This document shows, one piece after another, positions 39,726 to 49,829 of a stretch of DNA of 64,000 nucleotides. Below the pieces are notes generated by a model that did no database searches, had not been told where the DNA came from, and was given only the letters and a program-made list of their open reading frames with translations. A program made the translations under genes and the position numbers. Numbering within the stretch: position 1 is the stretch's first letter; the number at the start of each line of letters is the position of its first letter. Origin of the DNA: Candidatus Gottesmanbacteria bacterium (GTDB taxonomy: Bacteria; Patescibacteriota; Microgenomatia; UBA10105; UBA927). The stretch is from NCBI GenBank assembly GCA_016214885.1, contig JACRMP010000005.1:6725-70724 (forward strand). The letters run 5' to 3'.

Positions 39726-41210
39726 TTACTGGGGCTTGTTGAGGACTATGGGGCGGATCCTGCTCATCGCTTCCAGACTATACCGAACTCCCTGGACACC
39801 AACTCCGGAATTCTTTACTCCCAGAAAAGGAAAATGGTCTGGCCCGCGCTGTGGGCTCCCGTTTATCTGCACCGTGCCCACATGCAGTTTTTTCGCAAAC
39901 ACAAGACCTGTCCCTTCATCTTTGGTGAAGATACTTGCCTGCAACCCATATGACGACCGGTTTATAATCGATGCCATTTCATCAAACGAAGCAACATCAA
40001 CAAACGACACCACCGGTCCGAACGTTTCTTTGGCAATAACCGGCATTGACGGTATCACCCCGGTAAGTACGGTGGGCTCGATCATGGCATGATCGCGCTT
40101 TCCTCCGGTCACAAGGGTAGCCCCGTTTTTTACGGAGACGGCTATCGCTTCTTCTATGCGCTTGGCAGCTTCCTCGGAAATAACGGGGCCTACTAATTTG
40201 GTATCAGGGCTCCGCGGATCCCCCGCTTTGACCATTTCCGGCAGGGTTTTCATAACAATAGCCACCAATTGATCACGGATGGCAGGAGTAGTCAGTACAT
40301 ACTTAATACCGGTGCACCGCTGGCCGCTGTAGGCAAACGCGCCCTTAATGATCTCGCGGGCAGTAGCTGCCAGATCGGCATCCGGCATAACCACTACGGG
40401 ATTATTTCCGCCGCATTCAAACAATAATGGTTTCATGGCTGCTTTGCCGGCAATGGCTAACCCGGTGTCTGAATTACCCGTAAATGCAACCATGGAAACT
40501 TTGGGGTGGGAGACCAGATAATCACCGATTACTTCACCCGTGCCGGTAAGTGTGGTGATGACTCCGGGCGGCACACCTGCTTTTTGAAATATCCGGACAA
40601 GATGGGTGGCCGATATACCTCCCTGTGTAGGAGGTTTTACCACCACACTATTGCCCATAAGCAATGCTGGCGCTATTTTACTCGCGGTAAGATTTACCGG
40701 ATAGTTAAACGGTGCAATAGCAAGTACGGTACCATGGGCCACCCGCTCGATCATGGCTATTCTTCCCTTTTCAAATCCGGGGAAATTATCACTATCAAGG
40801 GTTGTCCCCTGTATTGATTGCGCTTCATCAGCAAAATAATCGATAAGATCTGCGGTTCTTACTATTTCACCCTTGGCTTCGTCGGATGACTTGCCTATCT
40901 CACGGATAAGCAGATTTCCCATATACTCCTGAAAATGACGGATCCAGTCCGCGGCTAAATGAATAATACCCACCCGTTTAAAAAGCGGCGTCGCTTCCCA
41001 GGCAGCCTGTGCATCACCCGCAACCTGCAGCACTGTATCAATTTCTTCATGGGTAACAATAGGAAGGGTGCCAACTACCGCGTTATCAATCGGGGAAACA
41101 ACAGGAACGCTTTTGCCGGAGCCGCTTGCTTTCCAAGTTGATCCGTCAAAATAGTAATAATTAGGTATTGTAGCTGCATCACTTATTTCAGAAAAAAATT
41201 CAGCGGGCAT
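39726..41210 (-). CDS. NAD(P)-dependent aldehyde dehydrogenase (GapN-like non-phosphorylating family)
   Basis: Aldehyde dehydrogenase glutamate and cysteine active-site regions (LFECGGNNP, SGQRCTG) and an overall ~490-aa ALDH pattern. Confidence 0.85.
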   Translation of the reverse strand: MPAEFFSEISDAATIPNYYYFDGSTWKASGSGKSVPVVSPIDNAVVGTLPIVTHEEIDTVLQVAGDAQAAWEATPLFKRVGIIHLAADWIRHFQEYMGNLLIREIGKSSDEAKGEIVRTADLIDYFADEAQSIQGTTLDSDNFPGFEKGRIAMIERVAHGTVLAIAPFNYPVNLTASKIAPALLMGNSVVVKPPTQGGISATHLVRIFQKAGVPPGVITTLTGTGEVIGDYLVSHPKVSMVAFTGNSDTGLAIAGKAAMKPLLFECGGNNPVVVMPDADLAATAREIIKGAFAYSGQRCTGIKYVLTTPAIRDQLVAIVMKTLPEMVKAGDPRSPDTKLVGPVISEEAAKRIEEAIAVSVKNGATLVTGGKRDHAMIEPTVLTGVIPSMPVIAKETFGPVVSFVDVASFDEMASIINRSSYGLQASIFTKDEGTGLVFAKKLHVGTVQINGSPQRGPDHFPFLGVKNSGVGVQGVRYSLEAMSRIRPIVLNKPQ

Positions 41211-41256
41211 ATACCCAGTATAGACTGAGGATCACGGGAAACCAATACAGTAGGTT

Positions 41257-41751
41257 TCAGTAAGACGGATTTCCGACCTGAAGTATCCGCTCCACAATAG
41301 CGCCCTTGGCATCCTGGGGTGCCAATCCCTTCGATTTTTTTATGTCACGGGCGTCTTTCATGGCCTTAAGCTCCGTTGCTTTTTCTGCAACCCCGATTCC
41401 CGTTGCGGTAGCGGCTAGAGCTGCCTTGGAAACGGGTTCCGGATCAATGAATGCCCCAACCGAAGCGATAATTCCCAGCGTTTTCATAAGCATTTTATTT
41501 TTGGTTTTCTTGGCCTCATCTTTTACCACGCCGCCCCCTGATTCAATTGCGGATTTGAGCCTGTTGGCAGCTCCCTGCGGCGACTCGCCGGTTACTGCTT
41601 TTTTCTTAACTGCATTGAATGCATGGCGGTCAACCTGTTCGATGCCCCGTGATTTTTCTTTCACCCAATTGCTGATCCGCTCGCTTACTTTTTTACGGAT
41701 TTCCGCTCCCTTTGCGGCTTTCACTTCTTCTGATTGTATTTCTTCGCTCAT
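41257..41751 (-). CDS. hypothetical protein (Lys/Ala-rich)
   Basis: ORF only. The start was chosen at an internal Met (MSEEIQ). Confidence 0.3.
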   Translation of the reverse strand: MSEEIQSEEVKAAKGAEIRKKVSERISNWVKEKSRGIEQVDRHAFNAVKKKAVTGESPQGAANRLKSAIESGGGVVKDEAKKTKNKMLMKTLGIIASVGAFIDPEPVSKAALAATATGIGVAEKATELKAMKDARDIKKSKGLAPQDAKGAIVERILQVGNPSY

Positions 41752-41770
41752 AGGCGTGTAACGTTTCCTA

Positions 41771-42121
41771 TTATACCCCCGACTCCAAAAGGGCTGTATC
41801 GATTTCACCCAATACACTTATCATGGATGCTTCGATTTCTTCCATGACACCTTCTGCATTCACCACCCCGGCAATAAGCTGAATATAACGATCCAATGTA
41901 ACCGATGACAAATCATGGGTGAGTTCGTGCAGTTTATCTTTCGGTACATGTGAAACGAGCACCGGGGCAACCGCCGCCTGAAGCGCATGCCTCACCTGAA
42001 CATAGAGATGATCCTTGTCCGAATCCCCGATGGGAGCGCTTTCAATTCTGGTAACTATTGCCAAAAGTTTTTCTTCCATATGATACATAATTACCGGTCC
42101 ATTCTTTTTACCACGACGCAA
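41771..42121 (-). CDS. hypothetical protein (116 aa)
   Basis: ORF only. Overlaps the PP2C gene's 3' end by ~30 nt. Confidence 0.3.
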   Translation of the reverse strand: MRRGKKNGPVIMYHMEEKLLAIVTRIESAPIGDSDKDHLYVQVRHALQAAVAPVLVSHVPKDKLHELTHDLSSVTLDRYIQLIAGVVNAEGVMEEIEASMISVLGEIDTALLESGV

Positions 42122-42825
42122 GTTTTATTCTCCGTTGACCCGTTTTCCTCCGCTGAAGCAAGAATGCCGGTCACTGCCGAAGCAGCGCTTTCTGCAGTGC
42201 TCCCAATCCGGGAAACCGCCGTCGATAAATCCATGGGGGTGAGATAATTGCCGCAGCCGGTAGTTGTCATAATTATCGCGTCTCCGGGATCCAATGATGC
42301 GGTTTTATAAAACGGTACCAGACCCAGACGTCGTATCCCCAACACATCCTGAGAGTTTCCGCTGAATGCATCGGATTCCGGAGTAAGCTTGGTCATTACA
42401 CTCCCGTGAACAAGCCACGCACTCGACGGACCCGCCTGTCCCAACCAATACTGCTTAGCCCCAACCAAAAGCACCATAAGGCTTGTGGCCATCCCCCCTT
42501 CATATCCCGCCTCCCGTTGCTTTTGCCACACCGCAAGATTTGTCGAGCGGAATATCCGTTTCATAAATAATTTTTTGTCCAACCAATAATACCGATGCTG
42601 ACGGATATGCTTATACGCCCAAATTGCTGTTTCACAGGCAAATTTTGCGGCTACGGCACTGTGGGGAAATGAATCCACCCCGTCTGCCATAACAAAGCAC
42701 TCATCATTAAAATTGAGAAAATAATCGTTTTGTGTTTTCTGGGATCCGGGAACCTGGCTGGCGGCAAAAACAATAGTCTCACGGGACGGTTTAATTTTTA
42801 AGGCATACGGATCAGCAAGTCGCAT
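42091..42825 (-). CDS. PP2C-family Ser/Thr protein phosphatase
   Basis: FVMADGVDS (DGxGG-like), GMATSL and WLGQAGPSSAWL (GDSR-like) motifs. Confidence 0.65.
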   Translation of the reverse strand: MRLADPYALKIKPSRETIVFAASQVPGSQKTQNDYFLNFNDECFVMADGVDSFPHSAVAAKFACETAIWAYKHIRQHRYYWLDKKLFMKRIFRSTNLAVWQKQREAGYEGGMATSLMVLLVGAKQYWLGQAGPSSAWLVHGSVMTKLTPESDAFSGNSQDVLGIRRLGLVPFYKTASLDPGDAIIMTTTGCGNYLTPMDLSTAVSRIGSTAESAASAVTGILASAEENGSTENKTCVVVKRMDR

Positions 42826-42828
42826 AGC

Positions 42829-43437
42829 TTATGTTGTGGCTGCCGCAAACCGTTTTTCTACCTCGGCCCAATTCACCACATGCCACCACGCGGCTATGTA
42901 GTCTGCGCGTAGATTCTGATATTTAAGATAATAGGCATGCTCCCAAACATCCAGGCCCAGTATCGGCGTCTTGCCCTCCATATATGGGCTATCCTGATTA
43001 GGGGTGTCCGTAATAACAAGCGATTTACCCTCAGGTACAAGCCACACCCATCCGCTACCGAACCGGCCTATACCGCTGGCTGCAAATTTAGCCTGGAAAT
43101 CAGCAAACGATCCGAATGAACCGGTAATTGCTGCAGCAAGATCACCCTTTGGCTCACCGCCTCCGTTAGGGGTCATTATTTCCCAAAACATGGTGTGGTT
43201 TACATGCCCCCCGCAGTTATTTCGTACTTTTGTGCGTATATCTTCGGGCACCTTGGCTAAGTCGCGGATGATGGCGACCGGATCCAGCGCCATTAACTCT
43301 TCTTTGCCGCTTAATGCATCGTTCAGATTTTTGACATATGCGGCGTGGTGCTTGTCATGATGAATCTGCATCGTGCGTTCATCGATAAATGGTTCCAGTG
43401 CATTATAGGCATAGGGAAGATCGTCGAGTGTAAACAT
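42829..43437 (-). CDS. sodA: Fe/Mn superoxide dismutase
   Basis: [13 protein letters not shown]...HHDKHH...DVWEHAYY metal-ligand motifs. Confidence 0.95.
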   Translation of the reverse strand: MFTLDDLPYAYNALEPFIDERTMQIHHDKHHAAYVKNLNDALSGKEELMALDPVAIIRDLAKVPEDIRTKVRNNCGGHVNHTMFWEIMTPNGGGEPKGDLAAAITGSFGSFADFQAKFAASGIGRFGSGWVWLVPEGKSLVITDTPNQDSPYMEGKTPILGLDVWEHAYYLKYQNLRADYIAAWWHVVNWAEVEKRFAAATT

Positions 43438-43476
43438 AAGTAGAGTCTCCTTCTTACATTATTATATAATGTCCTC

Positions 43477-45606
43477 ATGGCCATTCCTAGTGGACTTCGG
43501 TTAACTGGTGCAAAAAAGTTTTTTGTAAAACACCGCAAATTTATTTTTTGGATTTTTCCGGTGGCACTCATCGGCGTATTTTATTGGGTTATCCTCCGCG
43601 ATCTTCCCTCGCCTGCCAAGCTTGGCCGGTATGATGTACCGCTGGCCACCAAAATCTATGACCGTAAAGGCGAACTGTTATTTGATATCTTTGCTGACCA
43701 AAACCGCTCTCCTGTTCCGCTATCCGACATACCCAAAATTGTACGGGATGCAACCATTGCCATAGAAGATAAAACGTTTTATCAGCATTCAGGCATCAAC
43801 CCAATAGGAGGAGTCGTTCGCGCGCTCTATGCATCAGTACTTAACAAAAAACTTCAGGGGGGCTCAACGATCACCCAACAACTCGTTAAATCAGCGCTCC
43901 TCACTCCGGAACGCACCGTAACCCGGAAGCTTAAGGAATTTTTACTTGCCCCCACTGTCGAACTTTTATACTCCAAAGATAAAATACTCGAAATGTATCT
44001 TAATACCGTGCCGTACGGGGGTACTGCATGGGGCATCGAAACCGCCGCAGAAAAATATTTCGGTGTATCAATAAAAGATGTAACGCTTGCACAAGCTGCC
44101 ATTCTGGCAGGACTCCCCCAGGCACCCACCCTCTATTCCCCGTTCGGGGCTCATCCGGAACTGGCAAAAGAACGGCAAAAGGAAGTGCTCCGTAGAATGA
44201 CGGAGGATGGGTATATCACCAAAGTCCTGGTAGAACGGGGTGGTCTTAAAGTCACAACAACGCTTGATCTGGAACTCCAGAACTATACCCAGGCGACCGT
44301 TGCCGCTGAAGTGGCGAAGCTCAAAAATCTTCGGGTTGGCAACGGGGCAGCCATCGTAACAAAGCCTTCTACCGGTGAAATTCTTGCCATGGTGGGATCT
44401 ATCGATTATTTCGCTACGCCCTCAGGATCATTTAACGTAACAACGGCGTTACGCCAACCCGGATCATCCATTAAGCCCATAAACTATGCAATCGGCATAG
44501 AGAATAAAATAGTAACACCCGCAACTACATTCCTGGATGTTCCCACTTGTTTTATAGGCAGTCCCGGACAACCCATTTACTGTCCGCGTAATTATGACGG
44601 CACCTTCAGGGGACCGGTACAACTCCGGTTTGCCCTCGGTAACTCACTCAATATTCCGGCAGTAAAAATGCTTTATCTAAATACGGTGCAGGGCATGGTG
44701 GCATCCGCAAGTGCATTTGGTCTCGACACGCTTACCGACCCAAGTAAATATGGGCTTTCCCTCACTTTGGGAGGCGGCGAAGTCCGCATGACGGATATGG
44801 CCGAGGCATTCTCGGTGTTTGCTAATGCGGGTATCCGTCATGATCTGGTTTCCATTCTTAAAGTCGTCGATAAAAACGGAAAAGTACTGGAAGAAAATAA
44901 AGATCCGAATATTGCCAAAGACATACCCTCACAACTACTACTCACCGGACAACGCACCGTGTCTCCCGAGACGGCATTTCTTATTTCACACATGCTTTTG
45001 GACAACAACGCCAGACAACAGGCATTCGGACCAAATTCAGCACTTGTCATCCCCAACCGTGCAGTGTCGGTGAAAACCGGTACTACCAACGATTTACGGG
45101 ATAACTGGACAATTGGATACACCCCTCAATTCCTCGTTGCCGCTTGGGTCGGCAACAACGATAACTCCCCGATGAACCCGTATCTTACCTCAGGTGTTAC
45201 GGGGGCTGCCCCCATATGGAATAAAATCATGCGGCGCGTACTGGAAGGTAAGCCTGATATTTGGCCGAAACAGCCGGATGGCATCACGGGAGGCCGCGTT
45301 TGCACCACCAACGGATTACTGCCTCCTAACACCAGCGGAACCCCCAACCAGCAGGATTCTGCAGGAAGTCAACCGGACGAAGCGCTCGGATGTCCCACGC
45401 GGTACGAATATTTTATCAAGGGGACTGTGGCAAGAAGCACAAGTTCCCGGCAGATAGTTCCCATTGATAAAACAACCGGAGACCTCGCCGCTCCGGGGAT
45501 AACTGAAAACATAGAAATGCAGGAACACGATATCGCATGGGACGGAGTCACCCGCTGGTGCCTGGACTGCACCCATCCCGAAGGCAAAGCCGTCATCGTG
45601 AAGTAG
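43477..45606 (+). CDS. class A penicillin-binding protein (PBP1A-type glycosyltransferase + transpeptidase)
   Basis: GT51 motifs EDKTFYQHSGI and GGSTITQQLVK. Transpeptidase motifs SSIKP (SxxK), SLN and KTGTTND. Confidence 0.9.
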   Translation: MAIPSGLRLTGAKKFFVKHRKFIFWIFPVALIGVFYWVILRDLPSPAKLGRYDVPLATKIYDRKGELLFDIFADQNRSPVPLSDIPKIVRDATIAIEDKTFYQHSGINPIGGVVRALYASVLNKKLQGGSTITQQLVKSALLTPERTVTRKLKEFLLAPTVELLYSKDKILEMYLNTVPYGGTAWGIETAAEKYFGVSIKDVTLAQAAILAGLPQAPTLYSPFGAHPELAKERQKEVLRRMTEDGYITKVLVERGGLKVTTTLDLELQNYTQATVAAEVAKLKNLRVGNGAAIVTKPSTGEILAMVGSIDYFATPSGSFNVTTALRQPGSSIKPINYAIGIENKIVTPATTFLDVPTCFIGSPGQPIYCPRNYDGTFRGPVQLRFALGNSLNIPAVKMLYLNTVQGMVASASAFGLDTLTDPSKYGLSLTLGGGEVRMTDMAEAFSVFANAGIRHDLVSILKVVDKNGKVLEENKDPNIAKDIPSQLLLTGQRTVSPETAFLISHMLLDNNARQQAFGPNSALVIPNRAVSVKTGTTNDLRDNWTIGYTPQFLVAAWVGNNDNSPMNPYLTSGVTGAAPIWNKIMRRVLEGKPDIWPKQPDGITGGRVCTTNGLLPPNTSGTPNQQDSAGSQPDEALGCPTRYEYFIKGTVARSTSSRQIVPIDKTTGDLAAPGITENIEMQEHDIAWDGVTRWCLDCTHPEGKAVIVK

Positions 45607-45695
45607 ACAACCATACAACGTCACTGCATTGATTATGGCGCGGCAGAATCACCCCTTGTCGGAACACCCGGCGACATGATATAAAAAATGGCGCT

Positions 45696-48185
45696 ATGGC
45701 GCTCCGCAGACAACATCTACAAAATAAACCATATCTCAACCCCGCGGCACGATTAGTGCTCTTTTTTATTCTCACTCTCATCACCATCGGAAGCACGCTG
45801 AAAAACAGCATATGGTTTGTCATCATGATCCCGGTAAGAATAACCTCTACGGCAAATACAATTCTTAGGGAAATTGCCAGAGGCGTCATGAGCTGGACGA
45901 CGGAAAAACGGTTAACAAAAATAAAAACAAAGGAAAAAATCAACAGACCCAAACGGATTAAGCGCGCACCCATGATCTTTACTTCATGGTTTGATGTACG
46001 GCTAAAAACTATTGCCGGAGCATTCGGAAAAAACATCCGCTCCTTCCGTTTTCCGCAAATTTCAAAGCCGCATATCACCATGCCGAAGCTTATTCTTCCC
46101 CATATAACACTGCCGCACGTAACACTTCCCAACATAAAACTCACGCTGCCGCCCCGGGTCAAAACCAAACCAGCTCCCGCCCAGCGCACCCATCAGCCGA
46201 CTATTATAAATGCTTCCCACCCGTTCGTTCAGATCCGCTCGTTTGCCATCGGCGTATTCCTCACGTTGCTGTTTATCTTTGTCCCCTATAACACGTGGCT
46301 GTTCCTCAAATCTCTCCCCAATCCGCAACTCCTTACCCAACGGGATCTTGAGGTGAGTACGAAAATTATGGACAGAAACGGCCAGCTTTTATACGAAATT
46401 TATGTGGATCAGAATAGAACCCCGGTTAAACTTGAAGACATACCCCTTGTGGTAAAACAGGCAACCATTGCCATTGAAGATCACGACTTTTATTACCACC
46501 CGGGATTTTCCATCCGGGGAATATTCCGTGCACTCTCGGAAATCCTTGTGCACAAACAGATCCAGGGCGGCTCAACCATTACCCAACAGCTTATTAAATC
46601 CGCCCTCCTCACCCCGGAAGTAAGTGTTATCCGGAAAACAAAAGAAATAATTCTTGCATTCTGGGCAGAACGGCTATTTTCTAAAGATCAGATATTTGAG
46701 ATGTACTTAAATCAAGTGCCATACGGAGGTACTGCCTGGGGGATCGAATCTGCAGCCCAAACGTACTTTAGAAAATCAGTTACCCAGCTTACCCTTGCAG
46801 AAGCCGCCCTGCTTGCCGGCCTTCCAGCCGCCCCCAGTGAATACTCTCCCTTTGGCAGCCATCCCGAAAAAGCCATTGTCCGGCAGCATGAAGTACTGGA
46901 GCGCATGCAGATCGACGGCTATATAACGGCAGAACAAAAACAGCAGGCAATCGCCACTCAACTCAGATTTGCCCAACCAAGAATCGGCATCAGGGCGCCT
47001 CACTTTGTCATGTATATAAAAGAACTGCTCGAAAAAACCTATGGTCCACGATTACTGGAACGCGGAGGTCTCCGGGTGGTTACCTCGCTCGATTTAAGCA
47101 TCCAGGAAAAAGTCGAAGAAATTGTTAAAACACATATCGATAATCTAAGCGCACTCCAGGTGGGAAATGGGGCCGCTCTCATCACCAATCCCCGGAGCGG
47201 GGACATTATAGCCATGGTCGGAAGCCGGGATTACTTTGACACAGCGCGCGACGGGAATGTAAATGTGGTAACGGCCCCCCAGCAGCCCGGCTCATCCATA
47301 AAAGTTATCCCGTATGCCGCAGCATTGGAAAACGGCATGACCGCAGCAACCATCATCAACGACGCTCCCGTGGTATACCAAACTGCAGGGAGCCCGCCCT
47401 ATGCCCCCGTAAATTACGACGGCAAATTCCACGGGCCGGTGCCCCTCCGGTATGCGCTCGGCAATTCTTACAATATCCCCGCTGTTAAAACACTTGAATC
47501 AATTGGACTTCCCGCAGCTCTGGAAAAAGCAAAAGCAATGGGCATCGACTCGTGGAGCAGCGACCCATCCCGCTACGGCTTGTCATTGGCGCTCGGTGGT
47601 GGTGACGTCACCATGCTTGAGATGGCCAAAGTCTACGGCAGTCTGGCAAACATGGGCAAACGGCAGGATTTGCGTCCAATCCTTCAGGTTTCTGACTACA
47701 CCGGAAGGGTATTAGAAGACCACCGCCCCACCAAGTCTACCGATGCAGTCAAACCGGAAGTCGCCTGGATTATTTCCAATATTCTGGCGGACAATGCGGC
47801 GCGCACCCAGGCATTCGGCCCCAATTCATCGCTTATCATCCCCGGACATACTGTATCAGTCAAAACCGGAACAACCAATGACAAACGGGATAACTGGACG
47901 GTCGGATATACCCCTTCGTATACCGCAGTAGTGTGGGTCGGCAACAATGATAACTCCCCGATGAATCCGTATCTTACTTCGGGTATTACGGGGGCAGCCC
48001 CCATATGGCACGATATTATGGTGGAGATACTCAAAGGCCACCCCGATGAAACACAGCCCAAACCGGATACTATCGTTTCCCTTCCCTGTTATTTCGGAAA
48101 AATTGAATATTTCATAAGCGGCACCGAGCCCACCGGCGGCAGATGTGCTGCAATACCCACTCAAACACCAACCCCTACCCCATGA
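45696..48185 (+). CDS. second class A penicillin-binding protein paralog with a ~170-aa N-terminal extension containing LPxxT-like short repeats
   Basis: GT51 EDHDFYYHPGF and GGSTITQQLIK. Transpeptidase motifs SSIKV, SYN and KTGTTND. N-terminal repeat PHITMPKLILPHITLPHVTLPNIKLTLPP. Confidence 0.85.
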   Translation: MALRRQHLQNKPYLNPAARLVLFFILTLITIGSTLKNSIWFVIMIPVRITSTANTILREIARGVMSWTTEKRLTKIKTKEKINRPKRIKRAPMIFTSWFDVRLKTIAGAFGKNIRSFRFPQISKPHITMPKLILPHITLPHVTLPNIKLTLPPRVKTKPAPAQRTHQPTIINASHPFVQIRSFAIGVFLTLLFIFVPYNTWLFLKSLPNPQLLTQRDLEVSTKIMDRNGQLLYEIYVDQNRTPVKLEDIPLVVKQATIAIEDHDFYYHPGFSIRGIFRALSEILVHKQIQGGSTITQQLIKSALLTPEVSVIRKTKEIILAFWAERLFSKDQIFEMYLNQVPYGGTAWGIESAAQTYFRKSVTQLTLAEAALLAGLPAAPSEYSPFGSHPEKAIVRQHEVLERMQIDGYITAEQKQQAIATQLRFAQPRIGIRAPHFVMYIKELLEKTYGPRLLERGGLRVVTSLDLSIQEKVEEIVKTHIDNLSALQVGNGAALITNPRSGDIIAMVGSRDYFDTARDGNVNVVTAPQQPGSSIKVIPYAAALENGMTAATIINDAPVVYQTAGSPPYAPVNYDGKFHGPVPLRYALGNSYNIPAVKTLESIGLPAALEKAKAMGIDSWSSDPSRYGLSLALGGGDVTMLEMAKVYGSLANMGKRQDLRPILQVSDYTGRVLEDHRPTKSTDAVKPEVAWIISNILADNAARTQAFGPNSSLIIPGHTVSVKTGTTNDKRDNWTVGYTPSYTAVVWVGNNDNSPMNPYLTSGITGAAPIWHDIMVEILKGHPDETQPKPDTIVSLPCYFGKIEYFISGTEPTGGRCAAIPTQTPTPTP

Positions 48186-48232
48186 AACTCCATGGGCTAA
48201 TGCCTACGGTTTTCTGATCGATCGAATAAAAA

Positions 48233-48264
48233 AGCCCCCGGGGATTAGCCGGAGGCTATTTTTT
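48233..48264. terminator. bidirectional intrinsic terminator between the convergent PBP and cupredoxin-like genes
   Basis: AAAAA-AGCCCCCGG-GGATTAG-CCGGAGGCT-ATTTTTT read directly in the sequence. Confidence 0.65.
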
Positions 48265-48281
48265 CTATAAAACTATTGCAT

Positions 48282-48758
48282 TTACTCTGTCACAATCACC
48301 GTTCCTCCGTCAGTGGGTTTAACATGATTGTGATATTTCCAGGTGCCGACTTTGGCAAACGTATACTCGTATACGCCTCCCTTTGCCACACTTTTCAACT
48401 GATCAAAACCGGGAAGTAACTGGTGTGTCGGATGTACTCCTGACGCAGTCCACATCCCGCTCGAACTATCGTTTCTGAAAGTCACTTTTGTACCTTTTTT
48501 GACGGTGAGCGTTGCCGGAGTATAACCCGTATCGGTGTAGGAGACTTCTCCTTGTGTCATGACGCCGCCTTTACCGGAACCGACAACTGCAGATTCTTCG
48601 GTAATAATAACATTCCCATTCTGCTCTCCTGCAGCCGGAGTAACTACGGCATTCGGTGCAATCTGCATGCCGGGAAGCTTTGCTCCGCCGCGGAACATAT
48701 ACCATCCAACCACTCCACCTACGAGAACCACCATAATGCCTACTAATACTTTATTCAT
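48282..48758 (-). CDS. membrane-anchored cupredoxin-like domain protein
   Basis: TM anchor, then a beta-sandwich-like domain (PATLTVKKGTKVTFRNDS...HPTH...WKYHNH...GGTVIVTE) that lacks the type-1 copper Cys. Confidence 0.4.
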   Translation of the reverse strand: MNKVLVGIMVVLVGGVVGWYMFRGGAKLPGMQIAPNAVVTPAAGEQNGNVIITEESAVVGSGKGGVMTQGEVSYTDTGYTPATLTVKKGTKVTFRNDSSSGMWTASGVHPTHQLLPGFDQLKSVAKGGVYEYTFAKVGTWKYHNHVKPTDGGTVIVTE

Positions 48759-48789
48759 AATCGCTTCACCTCCTTTATAAGGGTACCGC

Positions 48790-49272
48790 TTAGGTATACC
48801 TGTCTGCAACTTTACTTGCCGCATAACTATCCGGCTTCATCTTTACGGGAAACCCGCTCCCCCGGATCATGCCGATAATTTCCGATATCATTTCCCGGGT
48901 AGGACCCGAAGCCCCTATGTCTACGTGTATTTCTATATCATATTTAGTGATTCCATCATCACGCAGCAATTCAACGACTTCTTCTGCCATAGCAAGCGAC
49001 ATCGTCGCTTCTTCATACATGCGCTGCCGCAAAACGTAGGGCTTTTTGTTAACGAGACGCTTCCAAAAATAGATACCTCCGTTTCCTACTCTATGGACGA
49101 CAATTGCCGTGACGAAATCAACACCGCTCCCGTTATGCGGCTGTGAATCGGTACCGACAATTATCTGATACACGCTTGCAGGATCTTTGGACAAAAAATC
49201 AATAATATGGGTGCGTACCCCGGGGAGCTCTACTTCGCCAAACGTCGGGCTTTGGAACATAGATAGCGACAT
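48790..49272 (-). CDS. hypothetical RNase-H-fold protein (YkuK/DUF458-like)
   Basis: IIVGTDSQ motif and size/pattern. Start chosen at the internal MSLSMF. Confidence 0.35.
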   Translation of the reverse strand: MSLSMFQSPTFGEVELPGVRTHIIDFLSKDPASVYQIIVGTDSQPHNGSGVDFVTAIVVHRVGNGGIYFWKRLVNKKPYVLRQRMYEEATMSLAMAEEVVELLRDDGITKYDIEIHVDIGASGPTREMISEIIGMIRGSGFPVKMKPDSYAASKVADRYT

Positions 49273-49312
49273 GGTAGCAAAAAGGGGCGGACGAAACAAA
49301 TCCGGCGCCTTA

Positions 49313-49340
49313 CAAAAACCCAGCCCCTTACGGGGCTGGG
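49313..49340 (-). terminator. intrinsic terminator downstream of the RRM gene (stem CCCAGCCCC/GGGGCTGGG, loop GTAA, then T5)
   Basis: Perfect 9-bp inverted repeat, followed on the reverse strand by TTTTTG. Confidence 0.7.
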
Positions 49341-49366
49341 TAATTTTTATACGCTTCGTTTCAGGT

Positions 49367-49633
49367 TTACTGTCTTGGGCGTTCCTCGCGCGGTCGGGCT
49401 TCATTAACGACTAATGGACGTCCATTGACATCCTTACCGTTGAACATCTCGATCGCTTTCTTACTCTCTTCATCAGAAGACATTTCCACAAATCCAAAAC
49501 CGCGTGAGCGGCCGGAATATTTGTCAGAAATAACTTTTGCAGACACGACTGTTCCGGCTTGAGCAAATGTTTGCGCCAAATCATCACTGGTCATGTTGTA
49601 GGGCAAATTGCCTACGAATAGATTGATTGCCAT
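49367..49633 (-). CDS. RRM-type RNA-binding protein
   Basis: RNP-2 LFVGNL and RNP-1 RGFGFVEM motifs. Confidence 0.92.
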   Translation of the reverse strand: MAINLFVGNLPYNMTSDDLAQTFAQAGTVVSAKVISDKYSGRSRGFGFVEMSSDEESKKAIEMFNGKDVNGRPLVVNEARPREERPRQ

Positions 49634-49829
49634 AGTAGAATTCCTTTCCCCTTAGGTCTTGAAGGAGACACCCATTTGCCTAAGAGAAATCGTACAAGAA
49701 GACTCTCCAGAACTGGACATTGTCACCACTTTGTTCCCAGGACAAAAGAAGTATACCATAAACTACTCCGGAGAATCCACTTTACCCCGCCACAATAACC
49801 CGGCGGATACATTCACGTCAGGAAGCTAG

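Noticed and set aside
45593-46189. 198-aa reverse-strand ORF between the two PBP genes
   Set aside because: It overlaps the 5' extension and TM region of the second PBP on the opposite strand. It has Cys/Arg-rich low-complexity composition typical of antisense reading. The intergenic promoter region for the second PBP is a better explanation.
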